DNA of 64,000 nucleotides, from contig CAZLRH010000009.1 in NCBI GenBank assembly GCA_964562015.1, positions 83,557 through 147,556 of the forward strand, written 5' to 3'. Below, one piece after another: positions 1 through 8,174 of the stretch. The notes under the pieces are model-generated. The model had not been told where the DNA came from and ran no database searches. It saw only the letters and a program-made list of their open reading frames with translations. A program made the position numbers and the translations under genes. Source of the DNA: an uncultured Opitutales bacterium. GTDB taxonomy: Bacteria; Verrucomicrobiota; Verrucomicrobiia; Opitutales; JABDGR01. How positions within the stretch are numbered: position 1 is the stretch's first letter; each line of letters starts with the position of its first letter.

Positions 1-312
1 GGGAATGTCATCGAGGCGGCCGAGCTTGTACTTGGTCTGGCCCATGCCGCGGATGATTTCCTTGGCCTCGTCGCGCGAGACCTCGCGGCGGGTGAACGGT
101 TGGTTCTCGCCCGCGATGCGGCGCATTTCCTTTTCGAGCTTCTCGAGATCCTCGGGCGTGAATTTGTGGTCGAGGTCGAAGTCGTAGTAAAACCCCGTGT
201 CGGTCGGCGGGCCGATGTCGAGCTGCGCCTGCGGAAAAAGCCGCAGGACGGCGGTGGCCAGGACGTGCGCGCTGGAATGGCGCAGCTCCTCAAGCGGGGT
301 CATCTTCTTCAT
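1..312 (-). CDS. thrS: Threonine--tRNA ligase, 5' part (runs off the window start; not in the ORF track)
   Basis: Manual translation from ATG at 312: [63 protein letters not shown]. RHSxAH and GPxxxxGFYYDF are ThrRS N2-domain motifs. Confidence 0.93.
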   Translation of the reverse strand, partial: MKKMTPLEELRHSSAHVLATAVLRLFPQAQLDIGPPTDTGFYYDFDLDHKFTPEDLEKLEKEMRRIAGENQPFTRREVSRDEAKEIIRGMGQTKYKLGRLDDIP

Positions 313-434
313 GGGAAACGGAGACGATACCGCGCGCGCGGGCCGGGGGAAAGGATTTTTTCCGGTCGTGCGCTTTCCGTAGACGGCACTTTGAAGTGGA
401 GGGAGCGCTCCGTGTGCGGCTTCGGCTGAAGGCA

Positions 435-459
435 AACGCGCCCGGAGGTCGCGTTCCAC
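435..459 (-). repeat. REP-like 25-nt hairpin GTGGAACGCGACCTCCGGGCGCGTT, with a possible degenerate inverted partner starting at 396
   Basis: GTGG tetranucleotide followed by an imperfect palindrome (AACGCG...CGCGTT) with CTCCG in the loop. Same length and layout as the GTAG copies at 696-720 and 41863-41887. Confidence 0.55.
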
Positions 460-506
460 CCCGGCCTTGCCAGCGGTGGGGAAAACGGTATTTTCATCCT
501 TTTCCC

Positions 507-2048
507 ATGAGCGCCGCCGCCAAGAAGACTAAGTCAGCACGCACCCGCGTCAACGTTCGCGGGCCGATTCAGCGCGCGAAGGTGAAAAGCGCAAAGGTTA
601 CCCGCACGAAGGTGGCACGTGCCAAAGCAGGGTCGCCTCTCCGAGGCGTCCGCTCCAAGGAAAAATTGAAACTAAGTGGCCAGAAAATCAAAAACGGACG
701 CCTCGGAGAGGCGTCCCTACCCCAGAAATCCAGCGCGGCAAACAGCGCCCGGAGGTATGTTGCAAATAAGAAGAATGCTGGAATTAACGAGAACGGTGAA
801 ATTAAAGCGGGAGGTGGCATCGAGCTTGAGATCACGCCTTTCCCCAAAAAAATCGACCGCGAATCCCTGCCGGATGCCCGCGGACATTTTGGCGTCTACG
901 GTGGCATGTATGTGCCGGAGACGTTGATGACTCCGCTCCTCGACCTCGAGCGCGCCTATCGCATCGCCAAGGACGATCCCGGGTTTCAAAAGGAATTGGC
1001 CGACTTGCTGAAAAATTATGCCGGGCGGCCCACCGGGCTTTATTTTGCCGAGCGCCTGACCGCGCGGCTGGGCGGCGCGAAAATTTATCTCAAGCGCGAG
1101 GACGGCCTGCATACCGGCGCGCACAAGATCAACAACGTCCTCGGCCAGGCGCTGCTTGCGCGGCGCATGGGCAAGGGGCGGGTCATTGCCGAGACGGGCG
1201 CGGGCCAGCACGGCACGGCGACGGCGGCGGTCGCGGCGAAATTCGGCCTCGAGTGCGTCATTTACATGGGCGCGGAAGATGCGCGGCGGCAGGCCTTGAA
1301 TGTTTTTCGCATGAAACTCATGGGCGCGGAAGTGCGCGAGGTGCACGCCGGGCAGAAGACTTTGAAGGAGGCCGTCAACGAGGCCATGCGCGACTGGGTG
1401 ACGAACGTGCGCACGACGCACTACATCCTGGGCACGGCCTACGGCGCGCATCCGTATCCGATGATGGTGCGGGATTTTCACCGCGTCATTGGGCGCGAGG
1501 CCCGTGCGCAAATGCTGGCGGCGGAAGGCCGCTTGCCCGATGAGGCTGTGGCGTGCGTGGGCGGCGGCAGCAATGCCATCGGCCTGTTTTTCGAATTTCT
1601 CGAGGAGAAAAACGTCAAGCTGACCGGAGTCGAGGCCGGGGGCCGCGGGATTACGCCTGGCGAACACGCCGCGCGGTTCGCGGGCGGACGCCTCGGCGTG
1701 CTCCAGGGCTGCATGACGTATTTGCTGCAAAATAAGGATGGCCAGATTTTGGGCACGCACTCGGTGTCGGCGGGCCTGGACTACGCGGCGGTGGGGCCGG
1801 AACATGCATATTACCGCGAGGCCGGGCGCATCGACTACGCCTACGCGACGGACGCCGAAGTGATGGAAGCTTTTGAAATTCTCTGCCGGACGGAAGGCAT
1901 CATCCCCGCGCTGGAAAGCACCCACGCCGTCGCCTACGCCATCAAGCGCGCGCCGCAAATGCGCCCCGACCAGATCCTGCTCGTCAACCTCTCCGGCCGC
2001 GGCGACAAGGACGTGCAGGAAGTGGCGCGACTCAAGCAAGTGCTTTAG
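507..2048 (+). CDS. trpB: Tryptophan synthase beta chain with a ~120-aa basic N-terminal extension
   Basis: [19 protein letters not shown], [16 protein letters not shown] (PLP lysine), [24 protein letters not shown] and [12 protein letters not shown] at 507 is the only in-frame ATG upstream of the conserved core. Confidence 0.95.
   Translation: MSAAAKKTKSARTRVNVRGPIQRAKVKSAKVTRTKVARAKAGSPLRGVRSKEKLKLSGQKIKNGRLGEASLPQKSSAANSARRYVANKKNAGINENGEIKAGGGIELEITPFPKKIDRESLPDARGHFGVYGGMYVPETLMTPLLDLERAYRIAKDDPGFQKELADLLKNYAGRPTGLYFAERLTARLGGAKIYLKREDGLHTGAHKINNVLGQALLARRMGKGRVIAETGAGQHGTATAAVAAKFGLECVIYMGAEDARRQALNVFRMKLMGAEVREVHAGQKTLKEAVNEAMRDWVTNVRTTHYILGTAYGAHPYPMMVRDFHRVIGREARAQMLAAEGRLPDEAVACVGGGSNAIGLFFEFLEEKNVKLTGVEAGGRGITPGEHAARFAGGRLGVLQGCMTYLLQNKDGQILGTHSVSAGLDYAAVGPEHAYYREAGRIDYAYATDAEVMEAFEILCRTEGIIPALESTHAVAYAIKRAPQMRPDQILLVNLSGRGDKDVQEVARLKQVL
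627..720. repeat. Inverted REP-like doublet (627-651 plus, 696-720 minus) inside the trpB reading frame
   Basis: The reverse complement of 696-720 is GTAGGGACGCCTCTCCGAGGCGTCC, identical to 41863-41887. The copy at 627-651 differs at 2 positions. Confidence 0.8.
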
Positions 2049-2160
2049 TGCTTGGTGTTCTAGTTCTTAGTTCAATGTGACACTCCTTTAGTAATTTTTG
2101 AATGGCGCTCTCTTTCACGCTTTTTGACACCAAGCACTAGAACACTAAGCACTAAAACAC
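2044..2160. repeat. Inverted element with 7/8-nt periodic arms between trpB and yicC
   Basis: Left arm tttagtgcttggtgttctagt; right arm caccaagcactagaacactaagcactaaaacac is its near reverse complement, built from AAGCACT/AGAACACT units. Confidence 0.65.
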
Positions 2161-2167
2161 TTTTCTT

Positions 2168-3067
2168 ATGAATAGCATGACCGGATTTGGGGCGGGGACG
2201 GCGGCGCTCGCGCTGGCGGGCGGGACGGCGCGCGAAGTGGCCGTGGAGGCTTCATCGGTGAATCGCAAAGGCCTTGAAATCGCGGTCTCGCTGCCGCGCG
2301 AGTGGAATGCCCATGAAGCGCCGCTGACCGAGCTGGCGCGCGCGCGCCTGCATCGCGGCCATGTGCGCCTGACGGTGAGCCTGCGTGAACCTGCCGCCCC
2401 GGGCGCCGCCCCCGCCACGCAGGCTTGGGATTTGGCGACCGTACGCGAAAGTTTTGAGCAGTTGCGCGTGTTGGCAGACCATTTGGACGTGCCCTTCGAG
2501 CCCGATGCCGCACTCCTTTTGCGCCTCGCCCTGGGCAGTCGCAAGGAAACGCCCCTACCTCCCGCCGACGACGCCTGGCCCGCGGTGCAAAAGGCCGCCG
2601 CCGCCGCACTCGGGCAATTAACCGCCCTGCGCAAACGCGAGGGCGAAACGTTGCGCGCGGATATGAGCGGCCGCCTCAAACTTCTGGCCACGTTGCGCGG
2701 GGAAATTGCGCCGCTCGCCCCAGCCTCGGTTGCGCGTTATCGCGACACTCTGCACGCGCGCCTGCGGCAAATCGGCCTGGAAGTTGATTTAAACGACGAG
2801 CGCATCTTGCGCGAAATCGCCCTTTTTGCCGACCGCTGCGACATCACCGAGGAACTCACGCGGCTCGCCAGCCACCTCACCGAATTTGAAAAAACGCTAG
2901 GCGAGGAAGGGTCCGTGGGCCGCAAGCTCGATTTCCTCTGCCAGGAAATTCATCGTGAAATCAACACCGTCGGCAGCAAGGCCCAGCACGTGGACATCAC
3001 CCGCCGCGTGCTCGAGGCCAAGAACGAACTCGAGCGCATCCGCGAGCAGGTGCAGAATGTGGAATGA
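2168..3067 (+). CDS. yicC: YicC/YloC family endoribonuclease
   Basis: MNSMTGFG start, E.xSVNRK motif, and C-terminal D(I)TEELTRLxSH, GRKLDFLxQExxRExNTxGSK, IREQVQNVE. Confidence 0.93.
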   Translation: MNSMTGFGAGTAALALAGGTAREVAVEASSVNRKGLEIAVSLPREWNAHEAPLTELARARLHRGHVRLTVSLREPAAPGAAPATQAWDLATVRESFEQLRVLADHLDVPFEPDAALLLRLALGSRKETPLPPADDAWPAVQKAAAAALGQLTALRKREGETLRADMSGRLKLLATLRGEIAPLAPASVARYRDTLHARLRQIGLEVDLNDERILREIALFADRCDITEELTRLASHLTEFEKTLGEEGSVGRKLDFLCQEIHREINTVGSKAQHVDITRRVLEAKNELERIREQVQNVE

Positions 3068-3092
3068 TTTCCGTCCGTCGTTTCCCGCGCCG

Positions 3093-4604
3093 CTACAATT
3101 GCAGTTGGTCAAGGACTTCCTGAATTTGCCGTTTGGCGGCGGGATTGCCAATGATGATGAGTATGCGGCCGGTGTCGTTTTGATCGATCGTTAACATTTC
3201 AATCTGTTGCATGAGGCCGGAATCTTGCAACCCTGCGACCATCTTATCCGCACTACTGAAGGGAAAAGGAAAGCTCATGTATTGCAACGGCGGGGCGGAG
3301 GGGTCGGCGTCAATGCTGATGTTATTTCCCAGGAGGGCGAATTTGTACCCGAGCGGGCGAAGCACGACTTCATACACCGTTTTCCAATCCACGTGGTGAA
3401 GAGTAACGGACGTGAGGCCCGCCAGCGCCGGTGGAAAATCAACCGTGAGGTTCGCCGCGGCGGCGGTGTCGCGCAATACCGTGGGTATGTCGGCATTGGC
3501 ATAGTCCACCAAAGGAAATAGCAGCGGACGTGGTTGGGTGGGGCGGATATAAGCGCCCGGTGCCGTGGGGAGGCGGCCAGTCATGGAAGGCACGGGCGTA
3601 AAATTTCCAGTCGCTGGATCGAGGCGCGACCAAGGGATGGCGGTATTTCCCGGCGTAGTATCGGTCGTTGCAGATGCAGGAGATGACGTGGGTGGAGCGA
3701 TGCGGGTTGAGGTGCTTGCTGGAGCGTTTGCCGTTAAAGTTGACGGGACTGGTACGGGCGGCGGTGTCTGCGGGGTTGAATCTGAAGCCCCCACCGAAAC
3801 CGGCGGGCTAGGGGGCAGTTGCTGCTTGACCAAGAGCGGAGATGGAGGGCGAAAGATGAGAGTTATCCCGAGGGCGACCAAGGCCAGCACGGTCGCGATA
3901 ATGAGAGTGAGTTTGGAGGAAATCATTGAGGTGAGTGGAGAAAAGGTCAAAGGAGCCACGATGGCCGCCGGGGCCGCCATGGCGGTGGCCGAGATGGACG
4001 TCACCAAGCCGGAGGGCACTGTCGTTTTGGCTCCAACATCGAGCGAGGTGGCTAGCAGCGCAGTGGAAAGAGTGAGGCCGCGTCGGGAAAGATGTGCGCG
4101 CATTTTTTCGAGTGCGCGGGCCACTCGTTTCTGCGCCGCCGCCTCGCTCAAGGCCAGGGCGCGGCCAGTTTCCTGCAGACTGCGGCCGTCAAAGAAGCGC
4201 AATAAAAGGGCGTCCTGGTCCACGCGCTTGAGGCGGCCCAAGGCATCGTCGAGCAAAGGGGAGAGATTATCCCAGCGGGTGGCCTGATCGTTTGTTTGTT
4301 CGGCGAGATTCATGGCTTGGGTTTCCCGTTGGCGTCGGCGATGCTCGCCCCGTTGGAGGTGGAACACTTCGCGCTGGGTGGTCCGGTACAGCCAGCCCGG
4401 CAGCGTCTGGCAGCCGCGCAAGCGGGCGGCTTGGCACGAAAGTTGAATAAAGACATTTTGGGCCACGTCCTGGGCGGCGGATGGCTGTTGCAGCATCCGC
4501 AGCGCCGTCCCGTAGACCAGCGGCAAATGCCGGTGTACCAATTCCCTAAAGGCCGATTCCGATTTTTCCTCGGCGTATTTTCTCAATAATTCGGCGTCTT
4601 CCAT
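3093..4604 (-). CDS. ECF sigma-70 factor fused to a TM helix, Pro/Thr linker and STN + secretin-N-like periplasmic domains
   Basis: Sigma2 (DAELLRKY..AFRELVHRHLPLVYGTALR..AQDVAQNVF) and sigma4 (LLLRFFDGRSLQETG..AAQKRVARALEK). TM at about aa 232-250. C-terminus resembles STN (ADIPTVLRDTA..VTLHHVDWKTVYEVVLRPLGY..GNNISI) and a NolW-like domain (LIIIGNPAAKRQIQEVLDQL). Confidence 0.85.
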   Translation of the reverse strand: MEDAELLRKYAEEKSESAFRELVHRHLPLVYGTALRMLQQPSAAQDVAQNVFIQLSCQAARLRGCQTLPGWLYRTTQREVFHLQRGEHRRRQRETQAMNLAEQTNDQATRWDNLSPLLDDALGRLKRVDQDALLLRFFDGRSLQETGRALALSEAAAQKRVARALEKMRAHLSRRGLTLSTALLATSLDVGAKTTVPSGLVTSISATAMAAPAAIVAPLTFSPLTSMISSKLTLIIATVLALVALGITLIFRPPSPLLVKQQLPPSPPVSVGASDSTPQTPPPVPVPSTLTANAPASTSTRIAPPTSSPASATTDTTPGNTAIPWSRLDPATGNFTPVPSMTGRLPTAPGAYIRPTQPRPLLFPLVDYANADIPTVLRDTAAAANLTVDFPPALAGLTSVTLHHVDWKTVYEVVLRPLGYKFALLGNNISIDADPSAPPLQYMSFPFPFSSADKMVAGLQDSGLMQQIEMLTIDQNDTGRILIIIGNPAAKRQIQEVLDQLQL

Positions 4605-4611
4605 GGGGGCG

Positions 4612-4649
4612 TTTATTATAATAAGCCCGCCGCCCGCGGAAATAAGACA
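4612..4649 (-). promoter_or_regulatory. Putative ECF-type promoter of the 3093-4604 gene
   Basis: Coding strand TGTC-N15-GCGGG-CTTATTATAATAAA, 45 nt before the ATG. The same layout occurs before the other two ECF paralogs. Confidence 0.55.
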
Positions 4650-4699
4650 AAAATCTTCTTTATTCTGGAGATGAGGGATGCCGCCGGCGCGAAATCGTC

Positions 4700-4738
4700 A
4701 AAAAAAAAATCTGCCGAACCCAAACGGGTTCGGCAGAT
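4700..4738 (-). terminator. Rho-independent terminator after the 4768-6264 gene
   Basis: Perfect 13-bp stem ATCTGCCGAACCC-aaac-GGGTTCGGCAGAT next to a 10-A run (U-tract on the minus strand). Confidence 0.85.
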
Positions 4739-4767
4739 GAGGCCAAGTAAGGAACTCGGCGCGAGGG

Positions 4768-6264
4768 TTACGGCGTCTGGTCCGACGACCTGAAGGTCAC
4801 AATCTGCCCGGGGCCGCCTGGCGTGGGAAACGAGCCTGGAGTTGAGCCCGCCGGCAGGGTCTGCGTGGTGATGACGCCGTCTTTGTTCGTCGTCACCGTG
4901 ATGGTGCCATCGGGATTTTTCACGCTTTTGCTGCTGAACTTGCTGGTCGTGAAGACACCGCTCGCTGTGCCCGCCGGATTGGCCAGCATAATCGTCCCGC
5001 TGGGACCGTTGCTGACGGCGCTGCCGGACGAGAAAGTGCCGGGATTGCCACTGCTGCCGCTGATGACCACGGTGGCTCCGCCATTGCTGGAACTCGTGGT
5101 GAAGGTCCCCGAAGCGGGAACGTTGACCGTGCGCGTGGTGCTGACGCCATTTTCCGTTGTGGTGAGGGTTGTGGTTCCTTCCGCCTCTGTCTGGAGGCTT
5201 TGACTGGAAAAATCGAGGGTTCCCTCAGTCGAGGCAGGATTCAAAACGAGCACGCCCTCGGTGACCATGGTTGCAGTCCCGGAATAATCAGGGGAAGGAA
5301 CATAAGCGGAAGCCGTTTCTGTTGCTGAAACCGAAGCCTCGGTTGCGTCAGGGACATTATTGACCGCAGCGGTGACCGGCGCCGCGACTGGGGCCGCCAC
5401 CCGCGGGCCGGCCTGGCGAACAGCCGCAGATTCGGGTGCGGGGGACACCGAGGCGCGGGATTGGATGGCCGGCGGGAGGGCGCCGGATGTGGACGGTTGA
5501 TGCGGCCAAGCGTAGGCGGCAAAACCGGCGACCGCCAAAGTGGCGAGCGAAGCGAGGGCGATTTTTGAGGTAAACATGGATTTAAGGGAGGTTAGAGAAA
5601 GACTCGTGGCTGCGCCTGCGCCGCTCAGCGCCGTGGCGGAAACTTTGGCCGCCAGCCCGAACGGGGCCGGCACGGCGGCGTTGGTATCGAGCGTGGTGGC
5701 GAGCAGGGCCGTGGAAAGCGTGAGCCCCCGTTTCGTCAAAAATCCGCGCAATTTATCCAACGCGCGGGCGACCCGCTTTTGGGCGGTGTCGTCGCTGAGG
5801 CCAAGTTCACGGCCAATGCACTGAAAATCCTGTTGCTGCAAATAACGCAGCACGATGGCGTCGCGGTCCGTGGCATTGAGGCCGTTGAGCGCTTCATCGA
5901 GCACCGGCGCAATGTTTTCCCAGGCAGTGGCGCGGCCGGACTTTTCTTCGAGAGCGTTGATTTCCATAAAAATCCGGTCGCGGGAGCGCCGCCGTTGTTC
6001 CGTACGCACCGCCTTCGCTGCCGTGAAGCAGGTGTGCCGGTGCAGCCAGCCGCCCAAGATTAAGTCGGCAGGCAGGGATCCCGCCTTGCGCGCCAAATCG
6101 GTGAACACGATTTGCGTAACGTCTTGCGCGAGATGGGTGTCGCCGGCGACCAGCCGGCGGGCCGTGGCATGGACGAGCCCGACGTGACGCTCTACCAATT
6201 CCCGAAAGGCTTGGTCGGAGCCTTCACGGGCGTATTGGCGCAGAAGTTGGGTGTCGTCGTTCAT
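4768..6264 (-). CDS. ECF sigma-70 factor fused to a TM helix and a Ser/Thr/Gly-rich extracytoplasmic tail
   Basis: MNDDTQLLRQY..AFRELVERHVGLVHATARR..LAQDVTQIVF and sigma4 (RDAIVLRY..TAQKRVARALDKLR). TM at about aa 235-252. Start placed at ATG 6264 by alignment with the paralogs. Confidence 0.85.
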   Translation of the reverse strand: MNDDTQLLRQYAREGSDQAFRELVERHVGLVHATARRLVAGDTHLAQDVTQIVFTDLARKAGSLPADLILGGWLHRHTCFTAAKAVRTEQRRRSRDRIFMEINALEEKSGRATAWENIAPVLDEALNGLNATDRDAIVLRYLQQQDFQCIGRELGLSDDTAQKRVARALDKLRGFLTKRGLTLSTALLATTLDTNAAVPAPFGLAAKVSATALSGAGAATSLSLTSLKSMFTSKIALASLATLAVAGFAAYAWPHQPSTSGALPPAIQSRASVSPAPESAAVRQAGPRVAAPVAAPVTAAVNNVPDATEASVSATETASAYVPSPDYSGTATMVTEGVLVLNPASTEGTLDFSSQSLQTEAEGTTTLTTTENGVSTTRTVNVPASGTFTTSSSNGGATVVISGSSGNPGTFSSGSAVSNGPSGTIMLANPAGTASGVFTTSKFSSKSVKNPDGTITVTTNKDGVITTQTLPAGSTPGSFPTPGGPGQIVTFRSSDQTP

Positions 6265-6270
6265 CGGCTG

Positions 6271-6308
6271 GTTTATATAATAGAACCCGCCGCAAGGCGA
6301 TTCCGACA
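6271..6308 (-). promoter_or_regulatory. Putative ECF-type promoter of the 4768-6264 gene
   Basis: Coding strand TGTC-N14-GCGGG-TTCTATTATATAAA, 44 nt before the ATG. Confidence 0.55.
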
Positions 6309-6447
6309 AGAAATCGCCCCAAACCAGGGACGCCGCCGGCGGCGACCCTACGGTCCAAACGACATAATTTGTAGGCGCCGCTGGCGACGGCCCATGGTCA
6401 CGGCTTCTGTTTCAAAATATAAACCATCCCAGCCTTCCGAGTCAGGC

Positions 6448-7956
6448 TTATCCGCCCACGCCGCCGCGGCCACCACCACCGCCGCCGAAGCCGCCGCCGT
6501 TGCCCGTGCCGCCACGATTGGCGCCCGCCGCCGGTTGGGCTGGAGCCGCGCCTGCGCCAGCATTCGGATCCCACGGGGCCAGGCGGTTGGCATTATTGAC
6601 AAAACCCGCGCCCATGCGGTTGAGGCGGTTAAGGGGACGCGTGTTGGCCGGATCCAGATTGTTGACCCAATCTGAAATCGCCTGTTTTTCATCCGCGGAA
6701 ATGTTGGGGTTCGCCTGCACGAATTTAAGCCCGCTTTGCGGGTCGTTCGCGATTTGGCGCGCAATGACGGAATCAATGATGCGCCCGGTGAGATTGGGGT
6801 CGGAAACGTGGGACGTGGCCCACATCACTGCGGTTTCCGGGTCCACGCGCCCGGCGCTGGTGGCGAAATTCACGACGGCCGGATCAGTGGCGGGAGAGGC
6901 GGGCAGGGCGCCCAGAATTTGCGCGGCGCTATTGAGGTCGTAACGCGTCAACGTGCGAATGGAATTCGCCAGCGCCGTGCCGGGCTGGTCGGTGCCGTTT
7001 TGGAGCGAAGCTTGGTCGAACTGGACGGCCCAGGCCGCGGCGGCCATCGGGTCGTTGCGCGTCCACGCCGCGACGACCTGGTTGCCGAGTTGCGCGCGTT
7101 GGGCCGGGTCGGTCAGGGTGGCCACGTAGTTCGCCGCGTCTGTCGGCGAATTTTGGGCCCAGCGGTTGAGCAACTGGGTGGAGGCGGCGGTCTTGGCGTC
7201 GTCGGGCAGCGTGGAGAACAATTTCACGGCGTCCTCGAATTTGCCGTCATCGGCGAGCGCGTTCGCCACGGCCTGGTAACTCTGGCGCTGCAAATTGCGG
7301 TCCGCCAAGGTCGAGTTGCCAAAGCTGGCGACGATGTCCAGCGCGCCCTGCGGATCCGTCGCGGCCATGCCGCCGAGCGCGGCCCGGTAACGCGCATTGA
7401 TTTGCTGCGGCGGCAGCGCTTCTTTTTCCTGGCCCAGCCAGGCCAGGGCGGCCTTCGGGTCATCCTTGGCCCACGACTTCAAGGCCGTGGCTACGCCCGC
7501 CTCGCGGGCCGACGGGTTGGTGATGTTGCTATGGGCGAGGAGGAAAGTAGACGGCGCTTTTTCGGCCCAGGAGCTGACGAGGGCGGCGAACATGGCGTCG
7601 CGCTGCATCCCGGCCGGCATGTCTTGCAGCGATTGGATGAATTCGGCGTAGTCGTTCGGGTCCACGCTGTCCGCCCAGAGCTTCAGCAACGCCGGATCCA
7701 GCTTGTTCTTATTCGCCAGCATTTCCTGAAAGGTCGGCAGCTTGCCCACCAAGCCGATGGGCGAGCCATCCGCTCCCGGCGCGCCATTGCCGCCGATGCT
7801 CATGGTCGCGCCATGGTCGGTGGAAGACTTGCCGGGTTTGCCGGTGGCGACTTTGCCGGTTTCCGGCGCGTGGTGGGAGCCGGCCCAATAGGAAAGGACG
7901 CTGCTGGCGGCCCAGACGGCGGCGAAGCCGAGGTATTTGAGGGATTTCGAATTCAT
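6448..7956 (-). CDS. Membrane-anchored or secreted helical-repeat protein (W-x3-DP-xAAxxW repeats) with a Gly-rich C-terminus
   Basis: N-terminal hydrophobic segment (MNSKSLKYLGFAAVWAASSVLSYWAG) and about 9 repeats of ~33 aa (e.g. WAKDDPKAALAWL, WTRNDPMAAAAWA). Confidence 0.8.
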   Translation of the reverse strand: MNSKSLKYLGFAAVWAASSVLSYWAGSHHAPETGKVATGKPGKSSTDHGATMSIGGNGAPGADGSPIGLVGKLPTFQEMLANKNKLDPALLKLWADSVDPNDYAEFIQSLQDMPAGMQRDAMFAALVSSWAEKAPSTFLLAHSNITNPSAREAGVATALKSWAKDDPKAALAWLGQEKEALPPQQINARYRAALGGMAATDPQGALDIVASFGNSTLADRNLQRQSYQAVANALADDGKFEDAVKLFSTLPDDAKTAASTQLLNRWAQNSPTDAANYVATLTDPAQRAQLGNQVVAAWTRNDPMAAAAWAVQFDQASLQNGTDQPGTALANSIRTLTRYDLNSAAQILGALPASPATDPAVVNFATSAGRVDPETAVMWATSHVSDPNLTGRIIDSVIARQIANDPQSGLKFVQANPNISADEKQAISDWVNNLDPANTRPLNRLNRMGAGFVNNANRLAPWDPNAGAGAAPAQPAAGANRGGTGNGGGFGGGGGGRGGVGG

Positions 7957-8174
7957 GGGGTACGTGGGGATGCTGCGATGGACGAGACCGGGCAAAGAAC
8001 AAAACCGAGGTGCGGCGCAGGGTGACGCCGTCAGGGGAATCTAGGTGGTGGGCGATGGGGCTGTCAACCGGTCGTTTGTCGGCTAGAAACCGGGCGATTT
8101 CGTCTCAATAAAAAATAATGAAAGAATATTTTATCCTTGATAAAAGGTCTCACCTCCGGCTCGCTCTTTCGAAA

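Noticed and set aside
396-506. trpB start at GTG 396 as in the ORF track
   Set aside because: That GTG is the first bases of a REP-like element and the added peptide is unconvincing; ATG 507 is preferred.
313-506. T-box or attenuator leader for thrS or trpB
   Set aside because: No T-box consensus and no Trp-codon leader peptide; the hairpins are explained by REP-like repeats.
717-2039. 440-aa minus-strand ORF, and similar long antisense ORFs over gltX, GH2, GH3, the GTPase and rhlE
   Set aside because: Stop-poor reverse frames expected at this GC content; each lies opposite a well-supported gene.
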